The notes under the pieces were generated by a model. It was not told the origin of the DNA, did not search any database, and saw only the letters and a program-made list of their open reading frames with translations. The position numbers and the translations under genes are program-made. Positions 1-9,905 of a stretch of DNA of 64,000 nucleotides are shown piece after piece (position 1 is the first letter of the stretch; the number at the start of each line of letters is the position of its first letter). The DNA is taken from assembly GCA_963814615.1 (NCBI GenBank), contig CAWFDN010000004.1, forward strand, positions 148,743 through 212,742, given 5' to 3'. The DNA is from an uncultured Alphaproteobacteria bacterium (lineage in GTDB: Bacteria > Pseudomonadota > Alphaproteobacteria > Rhizobiales > Xanthobacteraceae).

Positions 1-1091
1 TCGCGCCGCTCGAATACGACAGCGGCAACTACGAGCCGGTGCTCGACATGGCGCTGGAAGCGATCGGGTACAAGGCGTTCAGGGCCGAGCAAGCCGCCGC
101 CCGGCTTCAAGGCCGCCATCTCGGCATCGGCCTCGCCTGTTACGTCGAAGGCACCGGAATCGGCCCTTACGAAGGCGCCAAGGTTCAGGTGCAATCGAAC
201 GGCAAGGTCAGTGTCGCGACCGGGATCGGCACCCAGGGACAAGGACACTTCACGGTCTTTGCCCAGATTGCCGCCGATCAACTCGGCGTCGCAGTCGGCG
301 ATGTCGACGTCGTCACCGGCGATACCGACCAATTCTATTGGGGCGCCGGCACTTTTGCCAGCCGTGGCGCCGTGGTCGCCGGCAACGCTGTCAACGAAGC
401 CTCAAAGGTGGTGCGCAACAAGGCGCTGAAGCTCGCGAGCGACCTGTTCGAATGCTCCGAGGAAGACCTCGTGGTCGAGGACGGTAAGATTTCGATCGTC
501 GGCATCCCCGAAAAATTCGTCAAGCTTGGCGATCTCGCCAACCGGGCCAACCCGATGCGCGGGGCGGTTCAGCCCGGCACAGAGCCCGGCCTCGAATCGA
601 CCCAATATTTTGGCCCTCCGATGGGGGCGACGGCAAACGGCGTCCACGCCATGATCATCGAAATGGACCCGCAAACCTTCGACCTCAAGATCTTGAAATA
701 TGTCGTGGTGCATGACTGCGGCACCGTGATCAACCCGATGATTCTGGCGGGACAAATTCACGGCGGGGTCGCGCAAGGGATCGGCAACGCGTTCTACGAG
801 AAACTGGTCTTCGACGACCAGGGCCAGCTCCTGAACGCCTCGCTCGCGGATTATCTCTTGCCGACGGCGTTGGAAGTGCCGCGAATGGAGCTCGCCCACA
901 CCGTGACGAAGTCGCCGCTCAATCCGCTGGGGATCAAAGGCGCGGGCGAAGCCGGCGCGATTCCTGCCGGACCGCTGTTTGCCCAGGCGATCGAAGACGC
1001 GCTTGACCTGAAACGCCGCGGCGTCGAATTGCTCGAAATCCCGCTCAGCCCGAGCCGGCTGTTCGAGCTCACCCGGAACGCGAAGCGCTAA
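1..1091 (+). CDS. xanthine dehydrogenase / aldehyde oxidase / CoxL-family molybdopterin-binding large subunit, C-terminal ~360 aa (5' end lies outside the window)
   Basis: The frame is open from base 3 (APLEYDSGNYEPVLDMALEAIGY...) to TAA at 1089-1091. Family-typical C-terminal segments are present: GIGTQGQGHFTVFAQIAADQLGV, GTFASRG, VHDCGTVINPMILAGQIHGG, PLGIKGAGEAG. Confidence 0.85.
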   Translation, partial: APLEYDSGNYEPVLDMALEAIGYKAFRAEQAAARLQGRHLGIGLACYVEGTGIGPYEGAKVQVQSNGKVSVATGIGTQGQGHFTVFAQIAADQLGVAVGDVDVVTGDTDQFYWGAGTFASRGAVVAGNAVNEASKVVRNKALKLASDLFECSEEDLVVEDGKISIVGIPEKFVKLGDLANRANPMRGAVQPGTEPGLESTQYFGPPMGATANGVHAMIIEMDPQTFDLKILKYVVVHDCGTVINPMILAGQIHGGVAQGIGNAFYEKLVFDDQGQLLNASLADYLLPTALEVPRMELAHTVTKSPLNPLGIKGAGEAGAIPAGPLFAQAIEDALDLKRRGVELLEIPLSPSRLFELTRNAKR

Positions 1092-1094
1092 ATC

Positions 1095-1955
1095 ATGATC
1101 CTGGTCACGGGCGCAGGCGGCAAGACGGGCAAAGCCGTTCTCAAGGCGCTGCTCGCGCGTGGCGCGGCGGTGCGTGCCTTCGTGCGGTCCGCCACGCATG
1201 AAGCGGCCTTGCGGGCGATCGGCGCCGGTGACGTCGTAATCGGCGCGATGGGCGATCCGCCCGCGCTTTCCCGCGCCACGCACGGCGTGCAGGCGGTTTA
1301 TCACATTTGTCCGAACGTACACCCGCACGAAGTAGCTTTCGCAAAGACGCTCATATCTGCGGCCACCAACTCGGGCGTCCGCCGCCTCGTCTATCATTCG
1401 GTGCTGCACCCGCAGATCGAGGCAATGCCGCATCACTGGAACAAGCTGCGGGTCGAGGAAATGCTGTTTGGTTCCAGGCTCGACATCGCCATTTTGCAGC
1501 CCACCGCCTACATGCAAAACTGCCTCGCCGAATGGGATTGCATGGTGAGCGATGACATCTATCGCGTGCCTTACCCGATCGAAACCCGGCTTAGTCTGGT
1601 CGATCTCGATGATGTCGCGCAGGCCGCCGCGATCGTGTTGACGAACGACGACCACTCCGGCGCAACCTATGAGTTGGTCGGCACGCTTCCGCTCAGCCAG
1701 GGCGAGATCGCCGAGGCCCTTGGCCGGGCGCTGAAGAAGACCATCCGTGCCGAAGCCGAATCGATCGAGAGCTGGGAAAAGCGCGCCCGCGACGGCGGCA
1801 TCGGCGACTACCAATGCGAGACATTGATCAAAATGTTTCGCGCCTATACGCGCGATGGCCTCAAGGGCAACCCCAACGTGCTCCGCTGGCTGTTGGGGCG
1901 ACCGCCGACGTCGCTCGCCGCCTTTGCCGCGCGCATGGCCAAGGCTCAGCCGTGA
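1095..1955 (+). CDS. NmrA-like / atypical SDR NAD(P)-binding protein
   Basis: N-terminal Rossmann motif MILVTGAGGKTGKAV. Length is 286 aa. The ATG lies 4 nt after the upstream stop. Confidence 0.8.
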   Translation: MILVTGAGGKTGKAVLKALLARGAAVRAFVRSATHEAALRAIGAGDVVIGAMGDPPALSRATHGVQAVYHICPNVHPHEVAFAKTLISAATNSGVRRLVYHSVLHPQIEAMPHHWNKLRVEEMLFGSRLDIAILQPTAYMQNCLAEWDCMVSDDIYRVPYPIETRLSLVDLDDVAQAAAIVLTNDDHSGATYELVGTLPLSQGEIAEALGRALKKTIRAEAESIESWEKRARDGGIGDYQCETLIKMFRAYTRDGLKGNPNVLRWLLGRPPTSLAAFAARMAKAQP

Positions 1956-1986
1956 GGTGGCCCCCGATGGAGTCGCCAGCTTTCCG

Positions 1987-2742
1987 CTACTTGCCCGACC
2001 AGTGCACGAAACGGCGCTCGATCGTGAGGAACAGCAGATTGAGGCCATAGCCGAGCGCGCCGGCGGCGAAGATCGCAGAGTACATGTCGGGCATGTCGAA
2101 CAACTGCTGCGCCTCGAACACGCGCTGGCCAAGGCCGTCGGTGGAACCGATGAACATCTCGGCCACGACCACGATCACCAGAGCCAACGACACACCGTTG
2201 CGCAAGCCCACGAACGTTTGCGGCAGCGATTCCAGCAGCATCACGTCCCAAAGTACCCGGATGCGGGATGCACCCATCACGCGCGCGGCAAGAATTCGCG
2301 TCTTGCGCGCGTTCATCACGCCGTAAGCGACGTTGAACAGGATCACCAGCGCCGCGCCAAACGCCGCCACCGAGATTTTGGTGCGATCGCCGACCCCGAA
2401 CAGCACCAGAAACAACGGGAACATCGCCGACGCCGGGGTCGAGCGAAAGAAATCGATCAGGAATTCGACCGAGCGGTAAATTTTTTCCGACGAGCCCAGG
2501 AGAATGCCGAGCGGTATCGCAATGACGGCCGCGATCGCAGTCGAATAAATCGTGCGCTCGACGGTCTTGAGAAAATCAAGCCCGAGCTTGCCGCTGGTCA
2601 TCCCGATCCACATCGCGCGGAACGTCGCAATCGGCGATGGCAGCAGCACCGGATCGACCAGGCGCGCCCACACCGTCAGCGACCACACCGCCAGCAGCAC
2701 CGCGACGCCGACGAAAGGAAGAAAGACCTGCAGTCGCTTCAT
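1987..2742 (-). CDS. ABC transporter permease (NitT/TauT nitrate/sulfonate/taurine-type)
   Basis: Multi-TM protein of the SsuC/TauC-like family. The start was moved to the internal MKRLQVFLPFVGVAVLL (M39 of the ORF), 8 nt downstream of the ATPase stop. Confidence 0.85.
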   Translation of the reverse strand: MKRLQVFLPFVGVAVLLAVWSLTVWARLVDPVLLPSPIATFRAMWIGMTSGKLGLDFLKTVERTIYSTAIAAVIAIPLGILLGSSEKIYRSVEFLIDFFRSTPASAMFPLFLVLFGVGDRTKISVAAFGAALVILFNVAYGVMNARKTRILAARVMGASRIRVLWDVMLLESLPQTFVGLRNGVSLALVIVVVAEMFIGSTDGLGQRVFEAQQLFDMPDMYSAIFAAGALGYGLNLLFLTIERRFVHWSGK

Positions 2743-2749
2743 CACGGCC

Positions 2750-3589
2750 TCACCCTTTGCGAACTTCGCGCTGGAACACTTCGAGACAATGCGCCTTGAT
2801 GCTGATGAAATCGGCATCCGACATCGTCTTGAGCGTGCGCGGTCGCGGCGCGTCATAATGCACGAATTCCACCGCGCGGGCCGGATGGCGGGACAACAAC
2901 AGGATGCGATCCGACAGATACACTGCCTCTTCCAGGTCGTGCGACACCAGCACCGTTGTTGTGGCTGTCTCCACGAAAATGCGCTGTAGCTGCTCGCGCA
3001 TGAACAGCGTCATTTCGTAATCCAGCGCCGAAAACGGTTCGTCGAGGAACAGGATTTCCGGCTCGACAATCAACGCCCGCATGATCGAGACCAATTGCTG
3101 CTGCCCTCCGGACATCTGGTACGGGTAAAGCTTCAGGTCGATCTTGACGTTGAGATTGGCAACGATTTTCTCTACCCGCGTAATGCGCTCGGCCTTCGGC
3201 ACCCCCATCACCTTCAGGGGATAAGCGATATTGTCGAACGCGCGAAGCCACGGAAACATCGCCTCGCGGTAATTCTGAAAAACGTAACCGAATTTGATGT
3301 TGCTGAGCGGCTGCCCGTCGAACAGGATTTCGCCGGCGTCGGGGAGAAACAGTCCCGCAACCATATTGATCAGCGTGCTCTTGCCGCAGCCGTTCGGGCC
3401 GAAGACCGACATCAGCTTGCCGCGCGGAATATCGAAATCGAAATTGTCGTAGATCGTGGCATCGGAAAACCGCTTGGTCAGCCCGCGAATGGTGACGTGG
3501 GGCGCCGTCCGACGCACTGGATCATGCACCTTGGTGTCCCGAGCCTTACCCGTCAATTCGATCCTGCCAACTGGCTGTGCTCCGGCCAC
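2750..3589 (-). CDS. ABC transporter ATP-binding protein (NitT/TauT type)
   Basis: Walker A GPNGCGKST, signature MSGGQQQ, Walker B ILFLDEPFSALD. The GTG at 3589 sits 8 nt after the SBP stop and is the chosen start. A GTG at 3529 is an alternative. Confidence 0.85.
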   Translation of the reverse strand: MAGAQPVGRIELTGKARDTKVHDPVRRTAPHVTIRGLTKRFSDATIYDNFDFDIPRGKLMSVFGPNGCGKSTLINMVAGLFLPDAGEILFDGQPLSNIKFGYVFQNYREAMFPWLRAFDNIAYPLKVMGVPKAERITRVEKIVANLNVKIDLKLYPYQMSGGQQQLVSIMRALIVEPEILFLDEPFSALDYEMTLFMREQLQRIFVETATTTVLVSHDLEEAVYLSDRILLLSRHPARAVEFVHYDAPRPRTLKTMSDADFISIKAHCLEVFQREVRKG

Positions 3590-3596
3590 GGGCGCC

Positions 3597-4565
3597 TCAA
3601 AATTTCTGCAGCACTTGAGTAACGTCCAACTTTTCAGGGACGATCCCGACCGAATTTCCGAAATCGGCAAGTTTCTGCAAATCGCCGATCTGCTTGGCGC
3701 TCATATCGCCGGCCATGACATATCCCAGCATCGAAACCATATCGACGACGTTGTCGGGCGTGAACGTGTTTTTGGCGAGATATTTGCGCGCTTCGTCCGG
3801 GTTCTTGTTGATGAAATCGATCGCCTTGCCCCACGCCGCGGCAAAGCGCCTGGCGACGTCGGGCCGCTTCTGGATGAAATCGCCGGTCATGGCGCAGCCC
3901 GCCGCGTAGGCATCGGCGGCCTCGTCGCCGAGGATATATTTGGAGATGACGCCGGCCTCGAGCGAGCGGGCGACGCCGGCCTTGATCATCATCGAGGCGT
4001 TGGGCTCAAGCGTGTACCCGCCGTCGAACGTACCGGCGATCATGGCGTTGACGTGTTGTCCCATGTCGAGCTGATCGATGGTGTAGTCGCCGTCCTTGAG
4101 CCCGTTTTTGGCCAGAATAGCCTTGGCGGTGTTGAGATTGGCGGGTCCCGGCGCCGACATCAATTTGGCGCCCTTCAGGTCGGCAATCGTGTCCGCCTTG
4201 AACCCGTTGCGGACCACGAACTGTTCCATCTTCCAGACTTTGGTCTGGCTGTTGAGGCTGATGTACCTGGCCACGCCGGGCTTCTTCACGTTGGCATTCA
4301 GCCCTTCAATGGTAATGAGCACCACTGAAACCTCAATCTGGTTGGTCATCATCGCCGCGACGTTCGGCGGGCCGCCCATGAGTTTGGTCATCTCCGGCTC
4401 GATGTTCTGTTCCCTGAAGAACCCCCGCTCCAGCGCGACGAAATACGGCAGCGATGAGCTGATCGGAAACAGGCCGACCGCGACCTTGTCCTGCGCGACG
4501 GCGCGGCCGGGCACGATCGCGCTCAGGGCCAGCGTTGCGAGCGCGCAAATCGTCAGCGATTTCAT
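3597..4565 (-). CDS. ABC transporter periplasmic substrate-binding protein, NMT1/THI5-like (SsuA/TauA family)
   Basis: Signal peptide MKSLTICALATLALSAIVPGRAVAQ. Fold-typical length of 322 aa. It sits in an operon with the cognate ATPase and permease. Confidence 0.8.
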   Translation of the reverse strand: MKSLTICALATLALSAIVPGRAVAQDKVAVGLFPISSSLPYFVALERGFFREQNIEPEMTKLMGGPPNVAAMMTNQIEVSVVLITIEGLNANVKKPGVARYISLNSQTKVWKMEQFVVRNGFKADTIADLKGAKLMSAPGPANLNTAKAILAKNGLKDGDYTIDQLDMGQHVNAMIAGTFDGGYTLEPNASMMIKAGVARSLEAGVISKYILGDEAADAYAAGCAMTGDFIQKRPDVARRFAAAWGKAIDFINKNPDEARKYLAKNTFTPDNVVDMVSMLGYVMAGDMSAKQIGDLQKLADFGNSVGIVPEKLDVTQVLQKF

Positions 4566-4648
4566 GGTGCGCTCCTGTCACCCGGTTTACGAGCACCTGC
4601 CGGCCAGATGGCCACAGATGTCCATATTCGAGCAAGGAACGTGCCGGT

Positions 4649-5743
4649 TTACTCGTCGAGTTCCACGATTGCGATCACGGGACCGCCGCCATGCGGGCCC
4701 TGATGCATGGCGTCCACCGACACGAACACGGCCGGATCGCCGATCGCCAGCGCCGCCACGCCGCCCACCGCCGCCTTCGAATGGCGGTGGTGATGGACGT
4801 CCGAATCGTCGAGCATGATCTGCCGGCGGCCGCGCAGCATGCCCGTGCGGTCCGCCTCGCATTTCATGAAGCAATTGACGACGCGGCCCTTGAGATCTTC
4901 TGACCGCGGCCGTTCCGGCAACTCGATCCCGGCGTCGCGAATGGAATCGTAGATGCCGTCGATGTCGAGCGCGTCGCGCATGACGGAATGACCGATGCGA
5001 TAGCGGCCACCGGCGCCGGCCTTGTTGCCGAGCAGCACGATCTGCGCCTGGGTCAGTTCCACGCCGGAAGAACACGACGCCACCGACGAATACAGATCGA
5101 GATCCTTGCAGATCTGCTCGGCCTTCGGCATCGGCAGCTCGCCCAGCGCTACCGCAATGCCAAGCGCGGTGGTGCCGTTGGAAACGCCCATGGAGTCGTG
5201 GACCTCGCAAGCCAGCGTCTGGTGGCGCGATTCCGCATCGCGGACCGACTCGATGGTCAGAAGCGGCGTCTTGGTCTGGACGTAATGCACGTCTTTCGGA
5301 TCGGAAATTCCCGCATCCTTCATCGCCGCCTTGACGGCGTCGGCGACCTTTTGGACCATCGCCGGACGGCCGATGTCCTCGGGCAGCAATTCCGCGCTCA
5401 GCGCCGTGCCGATCACGAGGCGCGATTGGTCGGCCGGACCGGTCTTGGCGGTGCGCGCGAAGATCGTGGCATGCGGCGTGATGACGCCGTCGCAACCGCC
5501 GGACCACACCATCGGTACATTGTGAATCTCGGCCTCGGATCGCGTCCCACGCTGGAGCAACACGCGCCGGAAGGCCTGGTCGGCCAGAATACGGGTGAAA
5601 TCGTTGACGCCGCCATTGCCTTCGGTCTTGCCGATGACCGCGATCACCTCGTCGGCGCCGAACTTGCCGGCCGCAATCAAGGCCTCAAGCCCGCTGGCAT
5701 CTTGCACGGTTTTCAGTTCGACCTTCGCCACTTCAATCGCCAT
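4649..5743 (-). CDS. ring-opening amidohydrolase of the cyanuric acid hydrolase (AtzD/TrzD) / barbiturase family
   Basis: 364 aa. Family hallmark strings: [79 protein letters not shown]. The three-fold repeat architecture is consistent with the family. Confidence 0.85.
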   Translation of the reverse strand: MAIEVAKVELKTVQDASGLEALIAAGKFGADEVIAVIGKTEGNGGVNDFTRILADQAFRRVLLQRGTRSEAEIHNVPMVWSGGCDGVITPHATIFARTAKTGPADQSRLVIGTALSAELLPEDIGRPAMVQKVADAVKAAMKDAGISDPKDVHYVQTKTPLLTIESVRDAESRHQTLACEVHDSMGVSNGTTALGIAVALGELPMPKAEQICKDLDLYSSVASCSSGVELTQAQIVLLGNKAGAGGRYRIGHSVMRDALDIDGIYDSIRDAGIELPERPRSEDLKGRVVNCFMKCEADRTGMLRGRRQIMLDDSDVHHHRHSKAAVGGVAALAIGDPAVFVSVDAMHQGPHGGGPVIAIVELDE

Positions 5744-5785
5744 TCGCCGGGAACTCCGTTGTCTCTTTTGCTGGTCTTGCTTCGT

Positions 5786-7669
5786 TCATCGCATCCGGGG
5801 CCGGTGTTCGCCGCGCAGCATCTTTTCGTAGCCTTCACCGCGGTCAATCATCGGCGGCGAGGCGCTTCGCGCCTTTTCCATATCGGCCCGGCGTCGCTTT
5901 GTCTCAGCCTCATCGATCACCGGGGCGGTGCTCGCCTCGTTGAACACCACGCCATAATCGGTTTCCGCACTCGCCGGCGAGACTCGGCCCTCGACGACAT
6001 CGCGCAACACCAATTCCAGCTCGCGCTGCAAAGGATTGCCCCAACCGCCGCCGCCGGTGGTCACGACGCGAACGACCTGCCCCTTCAGCACCGGCTCGCC
6101 ATCGACCAGACCGCCGAGATCATAACCCTCGCCTTCCGCGTCCACCGTTACGCAGAACGGCTGCCCGGCCTTGCCGCCGTTCAAACCGTAACAGCCGAGC
6201 CGGACGCGGTCGGCGGTGACGATGGTGCGGCAATCGACCAGCGCGCGATAATGCTTCTCATAACCCTGCCCGCCGCGGCGCAAACCGGCGCCGCCGGAAT
6301 CGGTGCGCAGCGCGAGCTTTTCGACCAAAAGCGGAAATCGTGTCTCGGTGAATTCCGCGGGCTGATTGCGCGAGTCCGGAACGATATGGATCGCGTCATT
6401 GCCGTCGGCGTAATAGCGCCCACCGGAACCACCGCCGAGCACCTCGCGCGACAGAAACGATTTTCCCTCCAGATCGGTGCCAAAGAACCCGGTGTAGCGG
6501 ATGGTCTCCTGATCGGCCGGCATCCGGCCGTCGACCGCCTGCGCGACCACGCCCGCCAACAGGCCGAGGCACCGCAGCAGCACGAAGGATCGCGCATTAG
6601 TCGCGGCCGGCCATTCCGGCGTGATCAGCGTACCCTTCGGCGGAAAGATCACCTCGAACACGTCGCAGACGCCTTCGTTGACGTGGATTTCCGCGGCACG
6701 TTCAGGCGTATCGGCGAGGTTGCGCAGGATCGGCGCGATCCATTTGATCAGGAACGCGCCATCGGCGTAGTCCGCGGGCCAATTGATCGGGCCGGTCGAT
6801 TGCGGATCGGTGCCGTTGAAGTCGAGCGTGATCTTGCCGCCCTTCTTGGTCATCTTCAGCGCGATCTTGTGCAGCTTCGGATCGGTGATGCCGTCGTGCT
6901 CGACGTAATCTTCCCAGGCATATTCGCCGTCGGCGATCTTGCTGAGCAGCTCATGACGGTAGATGTCGCGGCATTTCTCCAGGATCGCCTGGAAGCAGGT
7001 TTCGACCTGCTCCTTGCCGAAACGTTCGAACAGCCCGCCCATTCGGCGCGCGCCCATCAGGCAGGCCTGGATCTCACTGTCGAGATCGGCCGACAGCATC
7101 TCCGGCACCCGGGTATTGCGACGGACAATGGTGAAGACGGCGTCATTTCGCACACCTTCGCTGTAGATCTTCACTGGTGGAATCGCGATGCCTTCTTCGA
7201 ACACGGTCGCCGCCGTGCCCGGCATCGAGCCCGGCACCCGGCCGCCGACGTCATCATGATGACCGAAGGCCTGGATGTAGGCGACCACTTCGCCCTCGTG
7301 AAACACCGGCACCGTGCTGCACAGATCGGGCAAATGCCCGATCGAGCCTTCGGTCAAATAGGTGTCGTTCATCAAAAACACGTCGCCGGGCTTCATCGTG
7401 TCGGGCGGAAAGTCACGCACCACGGCGTTCGGCATCGCCGAATAGGAGCGCCCGGTGAGCTTGCGGCAATAACGATCGAACAGCCCGACACGGAAATCAT
7501 GGGCTTCGCGGATCATCGGGCTGCGCGCGGTGCGCTCGATGGCGTATTCGATTTCGGCCTCGATCGAATTTAGCGTGCCTTCGACGATTTGCAGCACGAT
7601 CGGATCGACCGCCACAGCTTCGCGTTGCGACGCGGTCGGCCATGGATGCGGTGTGTGATGCACGTTCAT
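5786..7669 (-). CDS. hyuB: hydantoinase B / oxoprolinase family protein
   Basis: DPIVLQIVEGTLNSIEAEIEYAIERTARSPMIREAHDF and later family blocks. The real ATG at 7669 overlaps the hyuA stop (ATGA at 7666-7669). The 95-codon N-terminal extension in the ORF track is rejected. Confidence 0.9.
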   Translation of the reverse strand: MNVHHTPHPWPTASQREAVAVDPIVLQIVEGTLNSIEAEIEYAIERTARSPMIREAHDFRVGLFDRYCRKLTGRSYSAMPNAVVRDFPPDTMKPGDVFLMNDTYLTEGSIGHLPDLCSTVPVFHEGEVVAYIQAFGHHDDVGGRVPGSMPGTAATVFEEGIAIPPVKIYSEGVRNDAVFTIVRRNTRVPEMLSADLDSEIQACLMGARRMGGLFERFGKEQVETCFQAILEKCRDIYRHELLSKIADGEYAWEDYVEHDGITDPKLHKIALKMTKKGGKITLDFNGTDPQSTGPINWPADYADGAFLIKWIAPILRNLADTPERAAEIHVNEGVCDVFEVIFPPKGTLITPEWPAATNARSFVLLRCLGLLAGVVAQAVDGRMPADQETIRYTGFFGTDLEGKSFLSREVLGGGSGGRYYADGNDAIHIVPDSRNQPAEFTETRFPLLVEKLALRTDSGGAGLRRGGQGYEKHYRALVDCRTIVTADRVRLGCYGLNGGKAGQPFCVTVDAEGEGYDLGGLVDGEPVLKGQVVRVVTTGGGGWGNPLQRELELVLRDVVEGRVSPASAETDYGVVFNEASTAPVIDEAETKRRRADMEKARSASPPMIDRGEGYEKMLRGEHRPRMR

Positions 7670-9759
7670 CGTGACGTCTCCGGCGATGATACAGGGCGGA
7701 TGACCAAAATACCGTGCGGATCGACCTCGACATATTGACCGGGAAACACCAGCGTCGTTGAGCCGAATTCCTCGACCACGGCCGGTCCATTGACTCGGCC
7801 GCCGGATGGCAACGAGGCGCGGTCGAACACGGGCGTCTCCTGATATTGCGTACCGAAATAAACCGGGCGAACCGATTTCGGCGCGAAATCGCCTGCCCGT
7901 GCGCCAAGCTTGGGCATCTGCGGCCGCTCGATCAGGCCGAAACCCGAGACACATAAATTGACGAGTTCGATCTTCTGCCGGCCGGCATAATTATAGCCGA
8001 AGGTCTTGAGATGCGCCGCATGAAAAGCCCCGATCAAGCCGGTGAGGAACGCTGCATCCAGCGCACCACCGGGCGCCGTAACGCGAACCTCCATCGACTG
8101 CCCGGCATAGCGAATGTCGGCTTCGCGGACGAGCCTGATGCGCGACGCCTCGATGCCGTCGCGTTTCAGCGTCGCCACGGCGTCCTGTTCCAGCGCGGCA
8201 TAGCGCGCGGCGACGTCGGCCAGATCGATCGCATCTTCGTGCATCACCTTGGTGACGATGTGATCGGTGCGCCAGTCCACCGCGAGCAGGCCGAAGGCCG
8301 AGAGATTGCCCGGATTTGGCGGCACGATGCAGGCCTTCATCCCAAGTAAATCCATCACCGCGGCGGATTGCGCCGGACCGGCACCGCCAAACGACAGCAG
8401 GGCAAAGGCACGCGGATCGATACCGCGCTGGATCGTCATCTGCCGGATCGCGTTGGCCTGATTCCAGTTCGCGATCTCGATGATGCCGCTGGCGAGTTGC
8501 TCGACGGTCATATTGCCTGGCAACTTCGCCGCGAGCGCCGCGATGCCGCCACGCGCGCGGTCGACATCGAGCGCAATGCCGCCGCCGATCAACGACGGCG
8601 GAATCCGCCCGAGCACGAGATTCGCGTCGGTGATGGTCGGCTCACCGCCGCCGTTCGGATAGCACATCGGTCCGGGCTCGGCGCCGGCGCTGCGCGGGCC
8701 GACCTTGAGATGGCCTTCGCGGCTGATCCAGGCGATCGAACCGCCGCCGGTGCCGATGGTCTCGATGTCGATCATCGGAATCCGCACCGGGAACGGACCG
8801 ACCGATCCGCCATTGGTGACCTGCGGCTTGCCACCTTCGATCAGACAAAGGTCGGTCGAGGTGCCGCCGGCGTCCAACGTCACCAAATCCGGGAAGCCGG
8901 CGATTTCGGCGATGACGGCGGAGCCGAGCGCACCGGCCGCCGGGCCCGAGAGTGCTGTGGTGATCGGCTTGCGCACCACCTGATCGGCGCTGGCGACGCC
9001 GCCGCTCGACTGCATCACCAGAAACGGTTTGCCTTGCAAACCAGCACCGAGTTCATGATGCACGCGCTTGAGGTAGCGTTCCATATGCGGCTTGACGAAG
9101 GCATCCACCAGCGTCGTCACCGCACGTTCGTATTCGCGATATTCGGGCAACACCACGCACGACAACGACAAGGTCGCGTCGGGATATTCCTCGGCAACGA
9201 TTTCGGCAACGCGGCGCTCGTGTGCATCGTTGGCGTAGGAATGCAACAAACAAATGCCAAGTGCGCGAATGCCCTGCGCGCGAAAATACCGCGCGGCTTC
9301 GCGCACGCTGGCCTCATCGAGCGGGCGTAATTCGTGGCCGCGGAAATCCAGCCGGCCGCCGACCTCGCGGACGAATTGCAGCGGCACGATGCGCTCTGGC
9401 TTGACCCAGAAGTAGGAATTTCCGTAACCCTCCGGCACCGACTGCCGGGCGATCTCGAGAATGTGCCGGAACCCCGCATTGACGATCAGGCCCAGCGAAT
9501 TGATCTCGCCTTGCAAGAGCGCGTTGGTCGCAACCGTGGTGCCGTGAGCAAGGCCCGCGACATTGTCACTGCTCGCGCCGTTGGCCGCGAGGATTTCGTT
9601 CACACCGTGCAGCAGGCCGATCGCAGGATTTGCCGGAGTGCTCGCAACTTTGGTCACCCGCGTGACGCCGGACACGATATCGACCGAGACGATATCGGTA
9701 AATGTTCCTCCGGTATCGATCCCGATGCGAAGGCGCGCAGAAGCAGAAGGAGCCGACAT
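7666..9759 (-). CDS. hyuA: hydantoinase A / oxoprolinase family protein (ATP-dependent, actin-like ATPase fold)
   Basis: RIGIDTGGTFTDIV N-terminal ATPase motif; DAGGTSTD; about 697 aa. The start was set at M18 (ATG 9759). ATGs at 9771 and 9777 are also possible. Confidence 0.9.
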   Translation of the reverse strand: MSAPSASARLRIGIDTGGTFTDIVSVDIVSGVTRVTKVASTPANPAIGLLHGVNEILAANGASSDNVAGLAHGTTVATNALLQGEINSLGLIVNAGFRHILEIARQSVPEGYGNSYFWVKPERIVPLQFVREVGGRLDFRGHELRPLDEASVREAARYFRAQGIRALGICLLHSYANDAHERRVAEIVAEEYPDATLSLSCVVLPEYREYERAVTTLVDAFVKPHMERYLKRVHHELGAGLQGKPFLVMQSSGGVASADQVVRKPITTALSGPAAGALGSAVIAEIAGFPDLVTLDAGGTSTDLCLIEGGKPQVTNGGSVGPFPVRIPMIDIETIGTGGGSIAWISREGHLKVGPRSAGAEPGPMCYPNGGGEPTITDANLVLGRIPPSLIGGGIALDVDRARGGIAALAAKLPGNMTVEQLASGIIEIANWNQANAIRQMTIQRGIDPRAFALLSFGGAGPAQSAAVMDLLGMKACIVPPNPGNLSAFGLLAVDWRTDHIVTKVMHEDAIDLADVAARYAALEQDAVATLKRDGIEASRIRLVREADIRYAGQSMEVRVTAPGGALDAAFLTGLIGAFHAAHLKTFGYNYAGRQKIELVNLCVSGFGLIERPQMPKLGARAGDFAPKSVRPVYFGTQYQETPVFDRASLPSGGRVNGPAVVEEFGSTTLVFPGQYVEVDPHGILVIRPVSSPETSR

Positions 9760-9872
9760 GCTTCGCACCATCACCATTGAGTTAAGAGATGCCCTGGGCA
9801 TGCCCGGCATTAACGGCCGGCAGCATGGGTCAACCTCTTCAGGTGAGTCAAAGGCCGAATGTCGATGGAATT

Positions 9873-9887
9873 ATCGGAAATTCCGAT
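9873..9887. promoter_or_regulatory. candidate LysR-type regulator box (T-N11-A / ATC-N9-GAT palindrome)
   Basis: ATCGGAA-A-TTCCGAT, perfect 7-bp arms. It lies 114-128 nt upstream of the hyuA ATG and 19 nt downstream of the LysR gene stop. Confidence 0.35.
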
Positions 9888-9905
9888 CCGATGTCCACTT
9901 GATGC

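Noticed and set aside
402-2132. 576-aa minus-strand ORF
   Set aside because: Antisense shadow of the Mo-hydroxylase and NmrA-like genes. Arg-rich, no motifs.
4988-7573. 861-aa ORF on the plus strand, the longest in the track
   Set aside because: It is entirely antisense to the well-supported AtzD-like and hyuB genes. The Arg/Ala/Gly-rich low-complexity composition is typical of shadow ORFs in high-GC DNA. No family resemblance.
5786-7954. Long N-terminal extensions in the ORF track. Examples: hyuB to 7954, livM-like to 37534, porin to 29068, metallophosphoesterase to 24758, TPR protein from 30895, FAH to 46974.
   Set aside because: The extensions overlap upstream genes or non-coding leaders. 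Internal starts have RBSs, signal peptides or ATGA/TGATG coupling, and match the expected family N-termini.
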